In this document: positions 27,556 through 36,592 of the stretch, one piece after another
How positions within the stretch are numbered: the stretch's first letter is position 1
How the letters are laid out: each line of letters starts with the position of its first letter
DNA from: Deltaproteobacteria bacterium
Lineage (GTDB): Bacteria; Desulfobacterota; GWC2-55-46; JADFVP01
Assembly (NCBI GenBank): GCA_029262515.1
Contig: JAJCZH010000005.1
Span: 31,793-95,792 of the forward strand
DNA: 64,000 bases
Direction of reading: 5' to 3'
The notes under the pieces: model-generated
Databases searched by the model: none
Told to the model about the DNA's origin: nothing
Seen by the model: the letters and a program-made list of their open reading frames with translations, nothing else
Made by a program: the position numbers and the translations under genes

Positions 27556-29868
27556 ATGAATATCGGCAGAAAACTGATGCTTTCGTTCCTGCTTGTAACC
27601 CTTGTTCCTACAATACTGCTCGCCATTCTAACTACCTATATTATAAGCAAAAATATGAAAGAGGATGCTCAGCTTACGGTGAGTAACAGCCTGAAGGCCG
27701 CCAGGGTACAGTACTATGCGCGGGCTCACCAGATGAAGTACGGTATGCTTCAAGCATCAACGGAATCGTATATAAAACAGGCTATTAGCTCGAGCGATAC
27801 GGTTTTTTTACGCGACCTGTTGAAGTCATGGAAGAAGTATCGGCCACATGTTGATCTCTGGAGTATTGTTGATAAAAACGCTATGACTATTGCATCACTC
27901 AACTCGCGTGTTACCGGTGTCAAAGTAACCATAAACGGGTTGGTTGAGCGTGCTCTGGCCGAAGGAAAGCCTCTTATATCGACCGAACTTATCAGTCAGG
28001 GCATGATAGATAAGGAGAGCCTGACCGAGCAGGGAAGAGTTCGTATTGTAAGCACGGGTGAAGAACAAGTACAGCCTGAAAATGGTGTTCTTAGCGGTGG
28101 TATGCTGTTGGTGGTCGTAACTCCGGTAATTGATAGCGACGGAGGGACTCTAGGTGCCATTATCACCGGGGACCTTACAAACAATGACACTTTTGTGCCT
28201 GACTCATTTGCCGAGATTATTCCGGGCTCTCTGGTCTCTATCTCAATGAAGGGAGTTAAAATAGCTACCAATGTAAGGAATGAGGACGGCGAGAGGGCGC
28301 TTGGGCACCTCTATCCTGCTGAGGTGCTTGATGAAATTCGTTCAAACAAGGGCTTCGGGGGGGAGACCACTGTGGCCGGAAGCGCCTACATGGCGGCGTT
28401 CGATCCCATTACAAACCATCGTGGGGAAGTAATCGGGTCACTCTTTGTGGGTGTTCCCAAACAGCGTTTCGCCGAACTGCAGAATGAAAACGTCAAGGCT
28501 GTTATCGTCATCTCCACGATTGCGCTCTTTCTTGCCACCGGTGTTGCATCGTTAATAACACTCAGGATCATACGCCCCATAAAGGCGCTCAATACCAAGG
28601 CCGAACTTATCAGTATGGGGGATTTGAATATAGGGTTCGGTTACCCTACCGATGGTAATGACGAGATTGCCGACCTTGCCAAGACCTTTAAGCAGATGGT
28701 CAGGAACTTGAGAGAGAACGAGGAGCGGATAAGCATAAGTCAGGAGAACCTTAGTCACCAGAAGAACCTTGTGGAATCTATAATTAATTCTCTGCCGTAC
28801 TGTCTTTATGTTATAGAGAAGGACCTGAAGATAGTCGACTGGAACAGGCATGGGCTCGAGTCGTGTCCGGTCTGCAAGTGTGTACCGGGTATGGACTGCT
28901 GCGGCAAGGATTTTGTTGAGCATCTCGGCGACTTTGAGTTGCGCGACGGCTTGAAGGAGGTAATAGAGAGCGTCTTCAAGAGCGGTAAGCCTGTAAGTCT
29001 TGAGCGCAGGGTGTCGCACAAGATGCCCGGGACTAGGGATCTTCGCGTTCAGAGCAGCATATTTCCTATCTACTCTTTAGAACATCCAAGCAGACAGAGT
29101 TTGGTTAAGTATGTTATCTGGATGGCCGAGGATGTGACCGACAGGAGGGAGATGGAGGCACGCGTTACATCGAGTGAGAAGCTCGCGGCAGTCGGGCAGC
29201 TTGCCGCAGGCGTGGCCCACGAGGTCAACAACCCGCTTGGCGGTGTGTTAAACTGCATATACAACTTCAAGAACCGAAACCTTACGGATGAAAGAAAGGC
29301 GGAGTACATAGGTTTTATAGAGGACGGAATAACCCGGGCTCAGAACATCGTGCGCCAGTTGCTCGACTTCTCTCAGCAGCACGACCCGGAACTCGGGCGT
29401 CTCAATATAAACTCGCTTGTAGAGTCGGTCTTGCCGTTGATACATCATACTATCAAGGATAGTGACATCAAGATCGTTACGCGTTTCGGTACCGATCTGC
29501 CTGATGTGCTTGCGGACAGGCATCAGATAGAGCAGGTGCTGGTCAACCTGTTGCTCAACGCCGTTCAGTCCGTGGAACAGCAGGGCAGGATAGAGGTGAC
29601 GACCAGCTCAATGGGAGGATGGTACTCCATAACCGTAGGGGACGACGGTTGCGGTATTGAGCCTGAAAGCCTTACAAAGATTTTCGACCCGTTCTTTACT
29701 ACAAAGGGTGTCGGCAGCGGAACCGGTTTGGGCCTGTCGGTAAGCCGTGGTATAATCGAAAGGCATAAGGGCAGGATAGAGGTTGAGAGCGAGTCGGGTG
29801 TCGGCACTATTTTTAAATTATATCTGCCTGTTCTGCTTCCGGAACCGGTGAGTGCGGTAAAAGCCTGA
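27556..29868 (+). CDS. sensor histidine kinase (Cache-HAMP-PAS-HisKA-HATPase; NtrB/AtoS-like)
   Basis: Motifs EKLAAVGQLAAGVAHEVNNPL, NLLLNAVQ, DDGCGI and FFTTKGVGSGTGLGL. Confidence 0.95.
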   Translation: MNIGRKLMLSFLLVTLVPTILLAILTTYIISKNMKEDAQLTVSNSLKAARVQYYARAHQMKYGMLQASTESYIKQAISSSDTVFLRDLLKSWKKYRPHVDLWSIVDKNAMTIASLNSRVTGVKVTINGLVERALAEGKPLISTELISQGMIDKESLTEQGRVRIVSTGEEQVQPENGVLSGGMLLVVVTPVIDSDGGTLGAIITGDLTNNDTFVPDSFAEIIPGSLVSISMKGVKIATNVRNEDGERALGHLYPAEVLDEIRSNKGFGGETTVAGSAYMAAFDPITNHRGEVIGSLFVGVPKQRFAELQNENVKAVIVISTIALFLATGVASLITLRIIRPIKALNTKAELISMGDLNIGFGYPTDGNDEIADLAKTFKQMVRNLRENEERISISQENLSHQKNLVESIINSLPYCLYVIEKDLKIVDWNRHGLESCPVCKCVPGMDCCGKDFVEHLGDFELRDGLKEVIESVFKSGKPVSLERRVSHKMPGTRDLRVQSSIFPIYSLEHPSRQSLVKYVIWMAEDVTDRREMEARVTSSEKLAAVGQLAAGVAHEVNNPLGGVLNCIYNFKNRNLTDERKAEYIGFIEDGITRAQNIVRQLLDFSQQHDPELGRLNINSLVESVLPLIHHTIKDSDIKIVTRFGTDLPDVLADRHQIEQVLVNLLLNAVQSVEQQGRIEVTTSSMGGWYSITVGDDGCGIEPESLTKIFDPFFTTKGVGSGTGLGLSVSRGIIERHKGRIEVESESGVGTIFKLYLPVLLPEPVSAVKA

Positions 29869-29896
29869 ACAGCTTAACCAGATAAAGGGGTATTAT

Positions 29897-31261
29897 TTGA
29901 AGAAGGTACTCATAGTAGATGACGAGCCGTTGATGCGGATATCCATTAGCGATGCGCTTAAGGAGGAGGGTTTTACGGTTGTTGAGACCGGCCTCGGTCT
30001 CGAAGGGATAAGGCTGATAAAAGAAGGGCTCTTCGACCTCGTGATAACCGACCTCAGGCTGCCGGACAGCGATGGTATAGAGGTGCTTCGCTCCTGCAAG
30101 CAATACTCGCCTGAGTCAAAGGTGATACTGATTACAGCTTACGGTTCGGTAGATACCGCCGTTGAGGCGATGAAGATGGGGGCCTACGATTATATAACAA
30201 AACCGTTTCCGATGGACAAGCTCTTGCTGATGATAGAGCGCGTAATACGGTTCCAGGAACTCGAAGAGGAGAACCTCATACTCAAGGAGCAGGTCGAGGA
30301 GAGGTATAACTTCGACGGTATGGTCTACAAGAGCGAGTTGATGCGGGAGGTGGTTGAGTCCGTGAAGATAGTCGCTGCTACTGATTCCACCGTTTTGGTG
30401 CTCGGCGAGTCTGGCACCGGCAAAGAACTGATCGCCAATGCGATTCATTATAACAGCCTCCGCAAAGACGGTCCTTTCGTCAAGTTAAGCTCTGCCGCTT
30501 TGCCAGAGACTCTGCTTGAGGCGGAACTCTTCGGGTACGAAAAGGGCGCATTTACCGGGGCGGTAAAAGCGAAGAAAGGCAAGTTCGAGCTTGCCGACGG
30601 CGGTTCGATCTTTCTGGATGAAATAGGCGAGTTGACTCCGGCTATTCAGGTCAAGTTGTTGAGAGTCTTGCAGGAGAAGGAGTTCGACAGGCTCGGAGGT
30701 ACGCAGACTATTAGTGTGGATGTGCGGATAATCTGCGCCACGCAGAGGGATCTAAAGGAGGAGGTCGCTAACGGCAACTTTCGTGAGGACCTTTACTACA
30801 GGCTCAATGTCGTACCGGTTACTCTGCCGCCGCTCAGAGAGCGCAAGAGTGACGTGCTGCTGCTCGCCGACCACTTCTTAAAAAGATTCGCGACCCAGAA
30901 CGGCAAGAGCCTGAAGGGATTTACGACAGACGTCCAGGAGGCGCTCTTGAAGTACCACTATCCCGGTAATATCAGGGAGCTTGTGAATATTGTAGAGAGG
31001 GCGGTGGTACTTGCCAGGGGAGCGGAGATAGAGTGCTGTGATCTTTCCGATGATATCAACCCCGGTGTGGAGCAGCTAATAGGCGTGTCCGGGCCGTGCA
31101 GCGGAAACCTTTCCAAGGCAGTAAAAGAGTTTGAACGGCAGTTTATCGTAAAGGTTCTTTCAGAAGCCGGCGGAAACAAGAGCCTTGCGGCGAAGCTGCT
31201 CGGTATGTCGAGAAAGACGTTGTGGGAGAAGTGCAAGGCGTTTGAGATAGTAACAACCTGA
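29897..31261 (+). CDS. sigma-54-dependent response regulator (NtrC/AtoC family)
   Basis: Receiver domain, then GESGTGKE, ELFGYEKGAFTGA, FLDEIGE, FREDLYYRL and a Fis-type HTH. TTG start. Confidence 0.96.
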   Translation: MKKVLIVDDEPLMRISISDALKEEGFTVVETGLGLEGIRLIKEGLFDLVITDLRLPDSDGIEVLRSCKQYSPESKVILITAYGSVDTAVEAMKMGAYDYITKPFPMDKLLLMIERVIRFQELEEENLILKEQVEERYNFDGMVYKSELMREVVESVKIVAATDSTVLVLGESGTGKELIANAIHYNSLRKDGPFVKLSSAALPETLLEAELFGYEKGAFTGAVKAKKGKFELADGGSIFLDEIGELTPAIQVKLLRVLQEKEFDRLGGTQTISVDVRIICATQRDLKEEVANGNFREDLYYRLNVVPVTLPPLRERKSDVLLLADHFLKRFATQNGKSLKGFTTDVQEALLKYHYPGNIRELVNIVERAVVLARGAEIECCDLSDDINPGVEQLIGVSGPCSGNLSKAVKEFERQFIVKVLSEAGGNKSLAAKLLGMSRKTLWEKCKAFEIVTT

Positions 31262-31289
31262 TCTACCTTACGACTTACCCAGCCCCTCC

Positions 31290-32174
31290 TTACCCGGCGA
31301 TTGCTACGACCATCCGTTCTATACCGCTCAAATCCTTCTTTATCGTAAAGTCTGCAAATCGATCTATGCTTTTTAGTAGTGCGGTTACGCTATCAGACTG
31401 GTCGTAACCTATCTCCATTATCAGCCTACCTCCCGGTTTCAGGTAGCAGGGAGCCTCAGTTATGATCCTTCTGATAAAGTCGAGCCCGTCTGTTCCGCCG
31501 TTGAGTGCGGTTACGGGTTCGTGTTCCACGACTTCATTTTGAAGCCCCGTCAATTCATCCGTAACGATATAGGGAGGGTTCGAGAGTATGAAGTCAAAGC
31601 CCTCCGGCGGACGCTTTTTGCCGAGGGCAGTAAAGAGGTCGCCTCTTAGCAGCTCTATTCTTTTGCTGACGTTATTGCTCTCAGCGTTCTCTTTGGCTAC
31701 CACCAACGCTTCTTGTGAGATATCAGTGGCGATAATACGAGAGCCTGGCAGTTGTACGGCTATAGCTACGGCAATACAGCCGCTTCCCGTACATAGATCG
31801 AGAATGCAAGGCCTGTACGGAACGGCATGATGAGACTCCTGTTCGGATATTTTGAGCACCTCTTCTACGATCAACTCCGTCTCTGGCCGGGGGATCAGGG
31901 TGGAGGCGTTTACCTTTATAGGCAGGCCCATAAATTCGGTCATACCGGTTATATACTGGCTCGGCTCTTTTGTCCTGCGCCTGGCGATATGGGACCTGAA
32001 GAGCTCACTCTGCTCTTCAGTCAGGAGTCTGTCAGGGTTGAGGAAGAGTTCATGCCGTTTTATATCGAGCAGGTAGGTGAGCAGAAACTCGGTTTCCAGC
32101 TCCGGTGCCTCTATTCCGGCCTCTTTAAGGGTCGCTGTTCCACTTATAAGAGTCTCTTTAACAGTTTCGGTCAT
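31290..32174 (-). CDS. prmC: release factor glutamine N5-methyltransferase
   Basis: Motifs RRRTKEPSQYITG, LIPRPETE, LDLCTGSGCIA, SNPPYI and EIGYDQ. Confidence 0.96.
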   Translation of the reverse strand: MTETVKETLISGTATLKEAGIEAPELETEFLLTYLLDIKRHELFLNPDRLLTEEQSELFRSHIARRRTKEPSQYITGMTEFMGLPIKVNASTLIPRPETELIVEEVLKISEQESHHAVPYRPCILDLCTGSGCIAVAIAVQLPGSRIIATDISQEALVVAKENAESNNVSKRIELLRGDLFTALGKKRPPEGFDFILSNPPYIVTDELTGLQNEVVEHEPVTALNGGTDGLDFIRRIITEAPCYLKPGGRLIMEIGYDQSDSVTALLKSIDRFADFTIKKDLSGIERMVVAIAG

Positions 32175-32277
32175 ATTCCTTTTCCGTACTAAGTTCCAAT
32201 ACTCTGTTTATTCCTCTGATCCGTTTTTACTTCTTTTTTCTGCTCGGGTCAAGTCTGTTTTATTGCGATTTTATTGC

Positions 32278-32333
32278 AAAAAAAGAGAGAGGGGGCGGCT
32301 CTGTCTAAACGATGCCGCCCCCTCTCTCTTTTT
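32278..32333. terminator. strong intrinsic terminator
   Basis: aaaaagagagagggggcggc / gccgccccctctctcttttt. Confidence 0.85.
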
Positions 32334-32450
32334 CGGTTTCAGCGGAGGATGAAACCAAAACCGTTCTTCTACCATTAAGAGAAGAACTTTAGATAGTTCC
32401 GAAGGTTACAGAGTTGTATTTCAATATCATGCGGAGACCGTAACCTACAT
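32278..32450 (-). ncRNA. candidate sigma-28-dependent small RNA
   Basis: Minus-strand promoter TAAA-N15-ACCGATAA (32458-32484), three hairpins and a strong terminator (32278-32333). No RBS-bearing ORF inside. Confidence 0.45.
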
Positions 32451-32683
32451 AAATTATTTATCGGTATTATTATGTTTTTCTTTAAGGTTATAAATAACAA
32501 AATCTTAAAGAGCTATTTGAATAGGGGTTGTGGCTGGTTGATGGTACGAAGGTTTAAGTTTTATAGTCTTTTGGACGATACAGTAAGTATAAGGAGGTAT
32601 ACGTTGTATGTATAACCATGTATACCTGTCGGCTTTTTTGATGGTAAACAGTCATGTAATCGTTTTTATTTAATCCGGGCATT

Positions 32684-35260
32684 ATGAAAATTATCACAAA
32701 ACTAATTTTAGGTTTTACAGTTGTTATTCTGCTGATACTACTGCTTGGGTACCTCTCCGTTCAGATAAGCCAGAATGCGTTAAGAAATGCTATAGGTGAA
32801 AAAAATGTTCATGTCACCGAGCAGCTCCTGCACAAGATAGAGATGCGTGTCTATAAACATATTGATGTATTTAAGGAGTTTAGCGCCGACCCTACGCTCC
32901 ATGCAGGATTACGTAAAGCGAATGTCGAGTTTGCTTCTCTGCCAGACATAACCACAGTGCTGGATAACCGTGATATCGCCTGGTCCGACTCTTCCGAGTA
33001 CCCCACTCCTGTTGCGTCAACAATCCTTTCTAACACTGTTTCATTGAAGTTAAGAGACAAGATCCTCTTTTATTATCAGGGAGATGAGGAGAAAAGAATT
33101 TATGGCGAGGTATTTATTACGAACCGCTATGGCGCCATATTCGCAATGAGCGGAAAGACTACGGATTATCGTCAGGATGATGAAGAGTGGTGGCAAGAGG
33201 CAGTTAGTGACGGGTATAGCATCGGAAAAATCGGTTATGATGAAAGTGCGGAGCTTAACTCGTTGGCAGTGGCCCTCAGAATAGATGGAGACGACGGCGA
33301 GTTCCTCGGTGTACTGAAGATTGTAATGAATATAGATTTTGTTGTCGGCCTTATTAAAGAGTTTGAGCAGCAGGATGTTAACCGCGATGTTGATATTAAG
33401 CTCTTGACTGGTTACGGAAGAATTGTCTACTCGACCAAGGTTGACAGCCATTTTAACGATATTGATGAAGGAAGCCTTTTTTCAACGATGACAGCAAATA
33501 GTGGCTACATTACCGCGGTAACTGCTTCAACAGATGGCAGCGAGGCAGGTGAAGAGCTCTTTATTTATACGCATTCGGCCGGTTTTGAAGACTCTCCCGG
33601 GCTCGGGTGGGTCATGATCATAGAGTATGACAGCAAGGACGCATTTGCCGCTGTGGCCTCGCTAAAAGAGTGGTTGATTATAATAATCTCAATCGTAACA
33701 ATACTTGCGCTCTTGATGAGTTCCTATATATCGAGCGCTATATCAAGACCTCTGGTGAAACTCAAGGCTGCGTCATCTGAACTTGGACAGTGCGATTTCA
33801 GCACAAGGATAGAGGTTGACAGTAATGACGAGATGTGTGAGATAGCGAGCAACTTTAATGATATGGCCGAGAGGCTCGAAACTGTAATGGCTGAGCGAGA
33901 CAAAGAGGTGCTTGGGCGCAAGAGTTCCGAAGAGACCGTATCTCAGCTGGCTTACTACGATCAGCTGACGGGGCTTCCTAACAGGAACCTCTTTATCGAC
34001 AGGATAGATCATATGATAGAGAGGGATCTTTGGAGAAAGCGGCTTGCTGCGCTCTTCTTTCTCGACCTCGACCGTTTTAAGGTGGTTAACGATACCCTGG
34101 GCCGTGCCGACGGAGATAAACTTATACAGGCCGTGGCCGAGAGGCTCAAGTTCTCTCTTAGAGACGGAGACGTTGTTGCACGGCTTGGTGGAGACGAGTT
34201 TGGTATATTGCTTCAGGATCTAGCCCGCGCTGAAGATCTGCCCATGGTGGTAGAGAAGGTCTTCGATTCGTTTAGAGACCCGCTTGTACTTAGCGACGAA
34301 GAGGTGAACGTAAGCGGTTGTATAGGTATCAGTATCTTTCCGCACGACGGTGACAGTGCGGCTATTCTTTTGAAGAACGCCGAGATTGCGATGTATCGCG
34401 CAAAGGGAGATGGTAAGAACATGTACCGGCTCTTTTCACCGAGCATGGCATTGAAGTCGAGAGAGGTCTTGAGGATTGAGAGCGTGCTCGACACTGCCGT
34501 TGAGCGCGACCAACTTGTGCTGCACTATCAGCCCCAGTTGAGTCTGGAGACCGGCAAGATTACCGGTACCGAGTCCCTTGTACGACTCAAAGATCCGGAC
34601 GGCGGCCTGATTCCGCCCGGTAAGTTTATAGATCTCGCCGAAGAGACGGGGCTTATAGTCAAGATCAGCAGGTGGGTTCTTAACAAGGCATGTTCGCAGG
34701 GTAAAGAGTGGCATGACGAAGGCATTGAAAAATTTAATGTCTCGGTAAATATCTCCGCCCGTATGTTCAACCAGGCTGATCTTATAGATACTATTGCCAG
34801 TGCGCTCTCGAAATCCGGTTTTCCTCCGGAGTACCTTGACCTTGAGATTACCGAGTCCGTAGTTATGGCCGATGCCGATGAGGCGATCAAGAAGATGCAC
34901 AAGCTGAAGGAGCTTGGCGTGAAGTTTTCCGTGGACGATTTCGGCACAGGTTACTCCTCTTTGAGTTATATGAAGCACATGCCAATAGATATGCTCAAGA
35001 TCGACCGGTCTTTCGTAATCGATATAATGAAAAATGAGACGGACATGGCGATAATGAAGGCGATTATCAGTATGGCCCACAGTCTCGGTATTGAGGTAAT
35101 TGCAGAGGGTGTTGAGGAGCGTGACCAGCTCGATCTGCTTATAGCTCTCGGGTGTGACAAAATCCAAGGGTATTACTTCTCAAAACCTGTGGCAGCCTCG
35201 GAGCATACGGTTATGCTTTTGGACGGGTCCGGACTCGATATGAAAAAGAAGGTGGTGTAG
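32684..35260 (+). CDS. Cache-HAMP-GGDEF-EAL c-di-GMP cyclase/phosphodiesterase
   Basis: Motifs DQLTGLPNR, RLGGDEF, HYQPQ, ESLVR (EAL variant), DDFGTGYSSL, KIDRSF and IAEGVE. Sigma-28-like TAAG-N15-GACGATAC at 32555-32581. Confidence 0.95.
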   Translation: MKIITKLILGFTVVILLILLLGYLSVQISQNALRNAIGEKNVHVTEQLLHKIEMRVYKHIDVFKEFSADPTLHAGLRKANVEFASLPDITTVLDNRDIAWSDSSEYPTPVASTILSNTVSLKLRDKILFYYQGDEEKRIYGEVFITNRYGAIFAMSGKTTDYRQDDEEWWQEAVSDGYSIGKIGYDESAELNSLAVALRIDGDDGEFLGVLKIVMNIDFVVGLIKEFEQQDVNRDVDIKLLTGYGRIVYSTKVDSHFNDIDEGSLFSTMTANSGYITAVTASTDGSEAGEELFIYTHSAGFEDSPGLGWVMIIEYDSKDAFAAVASLKEWLIIIISIVTILALLMSSYISSAISRPLVKLKAASSELGQCDFSTRIEVDSNDEMCEIASNFNDMAERLETVMAERDKEVLGRKSSEETVSQLAYYDQLTGLPNRNLFIDRIDHMIERDLWRKRLAALFFLDLDRFKVVNDTLGRADGDKLIQAVAERLKFSLRDGDVVARLGGDEFGILLQDLARAEDLPMVVEKVFDSFRDPLVLSDEEVNVSGCIGISIFPHDGDSAAILLKNAEIAMYRAKGDGKNMYRLFSPSMALKSREVLRIESVLDTAVERDQLVLHYQPQLSLETGKITGTESLVRLKDPDGGLIPPGKFIDLAEETGLIVKISRWVLNKACSQGKEWHDEGIEKFNVSVNISARMFNQADLIDTIASALSKSGFPPEYLDLEITESVVMADADEAIKKMHKLKELGVKFSVDDFGTGYSSLSYMKHMPIDMLKIDRSFVIDIMKNETDMAIMKAIISMAHSLGIEVIAEGVEERDQLDLLIALGCDKIQGYYFSKPVAASEHTVMLLDGSGLDMKKKVV

Positions 35261-35312
35261 AGTTTTACAGGTGCGCTGTTAGAAGAGAATTTGAAAATAT
35301 GTCGAAAGGCTT

Positions 35313-35353
35313 AAAAAAGACCCCGTGGTTCATTTGAACCATGGGGTCTTTTT
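35313..35353. terminator. bidirectional terminator
   Basis: aaaaagaccccgtggttca / tgaaccatggggtcttttt. Confidence 0.85.
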
Positions 35354-35372
35354 ATATTTATTACTACTGTTA

Positions 35373-35450
35373 CTAAGCTATTGCGATAGTGCCTACGATT
35401 GCTACCATAAATGCCGTGTATGCAATGAGGTCGATTTTGAAAGTATTCAT
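35373..35450 (-). CDS. 25-aa single-helix membrane peptide (not in the ORF track)
   Basis: MNTFKIDLIAYTAFMVAIVGTIAIA*. Strong AAGGAG RBS and a terminator immediately downstream. Confidence 0.6.
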   Translation of the reverse strand: MNTFKIDLIAYTAFMVAIVGTIAIA

Positions 35451-35500
35451 CTTATATCTCCTTTTGATTGTTTTTGTATTTTACAACGGTTATGTGCCGT

Positions 35501-35674
35501 TTAAGCGTTGAACTCTACCTCTTTATCTTTTCCAGCGCATTCATGCGCGTCGGTGAAGATCTTTCTAAGGTCTATTCTTTTGAGCAGTTCGAGCTCTCGT
35601 GCCCTTTTCTGTTCATACCCCTGTTCTTCTATTACGTTATTGAGTATCTGCGAACTCTCATCCTTTCTAGCCAT
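35501..35674 (-). CDS. 57-aa charged hypothetical protein
   Basis: GGAGG RBS before MARKDESSQILNNVIEEQGYEQKRARELELLKRIDLRKIF... Confidence 0.6.
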   Translation of the reverse strand: MARKDESSQILNNVIEEQGYEQKRARELELLKRIDLRKIFTDAHECAGKDKEVEFNA

Positions 35675-35857
35675 CTTTATCCTCCGATCCCTTACGGTGT
35701 GAATTCGGATTTGATCTTGATTACGATACAATTATACCAACTGAAGATTAAGAGAGAGTTAAGAGTAAGGGATCTAATCAAACTTTAATTTTAAAAAAGT
35801 TCTTTGCTTGTATGGTTCTAATTTCACTCAATCAGCCAACATCGTAAAAAAGAGCTA

Positions 35858-35886
35858 TTGACTTTAATTCAAACATCTGTTTTAAT
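35858..35886 (+). promoter_or_regulatory. sigma-70 promoter with embedded TetR operator
   Basis: TTGACT-N17-TTTAAT. Palindrome AAACA-TC-TGTTT lies in the spacer, and the ATG is 7 nt after the -10 box (leaderless). Confidence 0.65.
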
Positions 35887-35893
35887 CGTATGT

Positions 35894-36592
35894 ATGAATA
35901 GGATAGGTACACAGAAGAAGATACTCGATGCAGCGGAGCTGCTCTTTGCCGAGAACGGTTATCACGGTACATCGCTGAGAGCTATTACCGCTAAGGCCGG
36001 CGTAAATGTGGCGGCGGTAAATTACCACTTCGGCTCGAAGAAAGCCCTTTTGGATAACGTTTTTGAGCGCAGATTAATTCCTTTAAACAGGATACGGATG
36101 GAAAAACTCGAATCCGTGCGCGCCGCAGCCAGAGAACTCGGCGTCAGGCCTTCGGTAAGGGACCTTATGTATGCCTTTGTCGCCCCGACGATCACCTTCA
36201 GAGATTCAGGTAAGGGGGCAAGAAACTTTATAGCCTTAATCGGTCGTTCAGTAGGCGAGTCGTCGAGCACGGTACGTAGCAGCTTTTTTCAGTTTATGGA
36301 GCCTTTTGTAAGGTTTATGGTCGAGTCTCTTGTGGAAGCCCTGCCGGGACTTTCCGGTGAGGTTCTGCTGAGGAAATTTCAGTTTTCTGTCGGCGCGCTG
36401 TTTCACACCCTTCGGTTAAGCGACGAGTCGTATATGCCGGAACAGGCAAAAGTTTTTGCCTCTGCTGTAAAGAGCCTGGGCAAGGGCAAAGTTATTAAAT
36501 CGGCCGGTAAAGGCGTTTCAGGTAATAAAGTTTCGAGTGAGCAGCTAGTAGAAGAATTAGTAAATTTTATTACAGCAGGTATGGAGGCGTAA
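35894..36592 (+). CDS. TetR/AcrR family transcriptional regulator
   Basis: ILDAAELLFAENGYHGTSLRAITAKAGVNVAAVNYHFGSK. Confidence 0.95.
   Translation: MNRIGTQKKILDAAELLFAENGYHGTSLRAITAKAGVNVAAVNYHFGSKKALLDNVFERRLIPLNRIRMEKLESVRAAARELGVRPSVRDLMYAFVAPTITFRDSGKGARNFIALIGRSVGESSSTVRSSFFQFMEPFVRFMVESLVEALPGLSGEVLLRKFQFSVGALFHTLRLSDESYMPEQAKVFASAVKSLGKGKVIKSAGKGVSGNKVSSEQLVEELVNFITAGMEA

Noticed and set aside
27556-31261. Two-component pair as the PrsK/PrsR regulator of PEP-CTERM genes
   Set aside because: The kinase has a Cache-HAMP-PAS layout rather than the multi-TM/GAF layout of PrsK, and no exosortase is adjacent.
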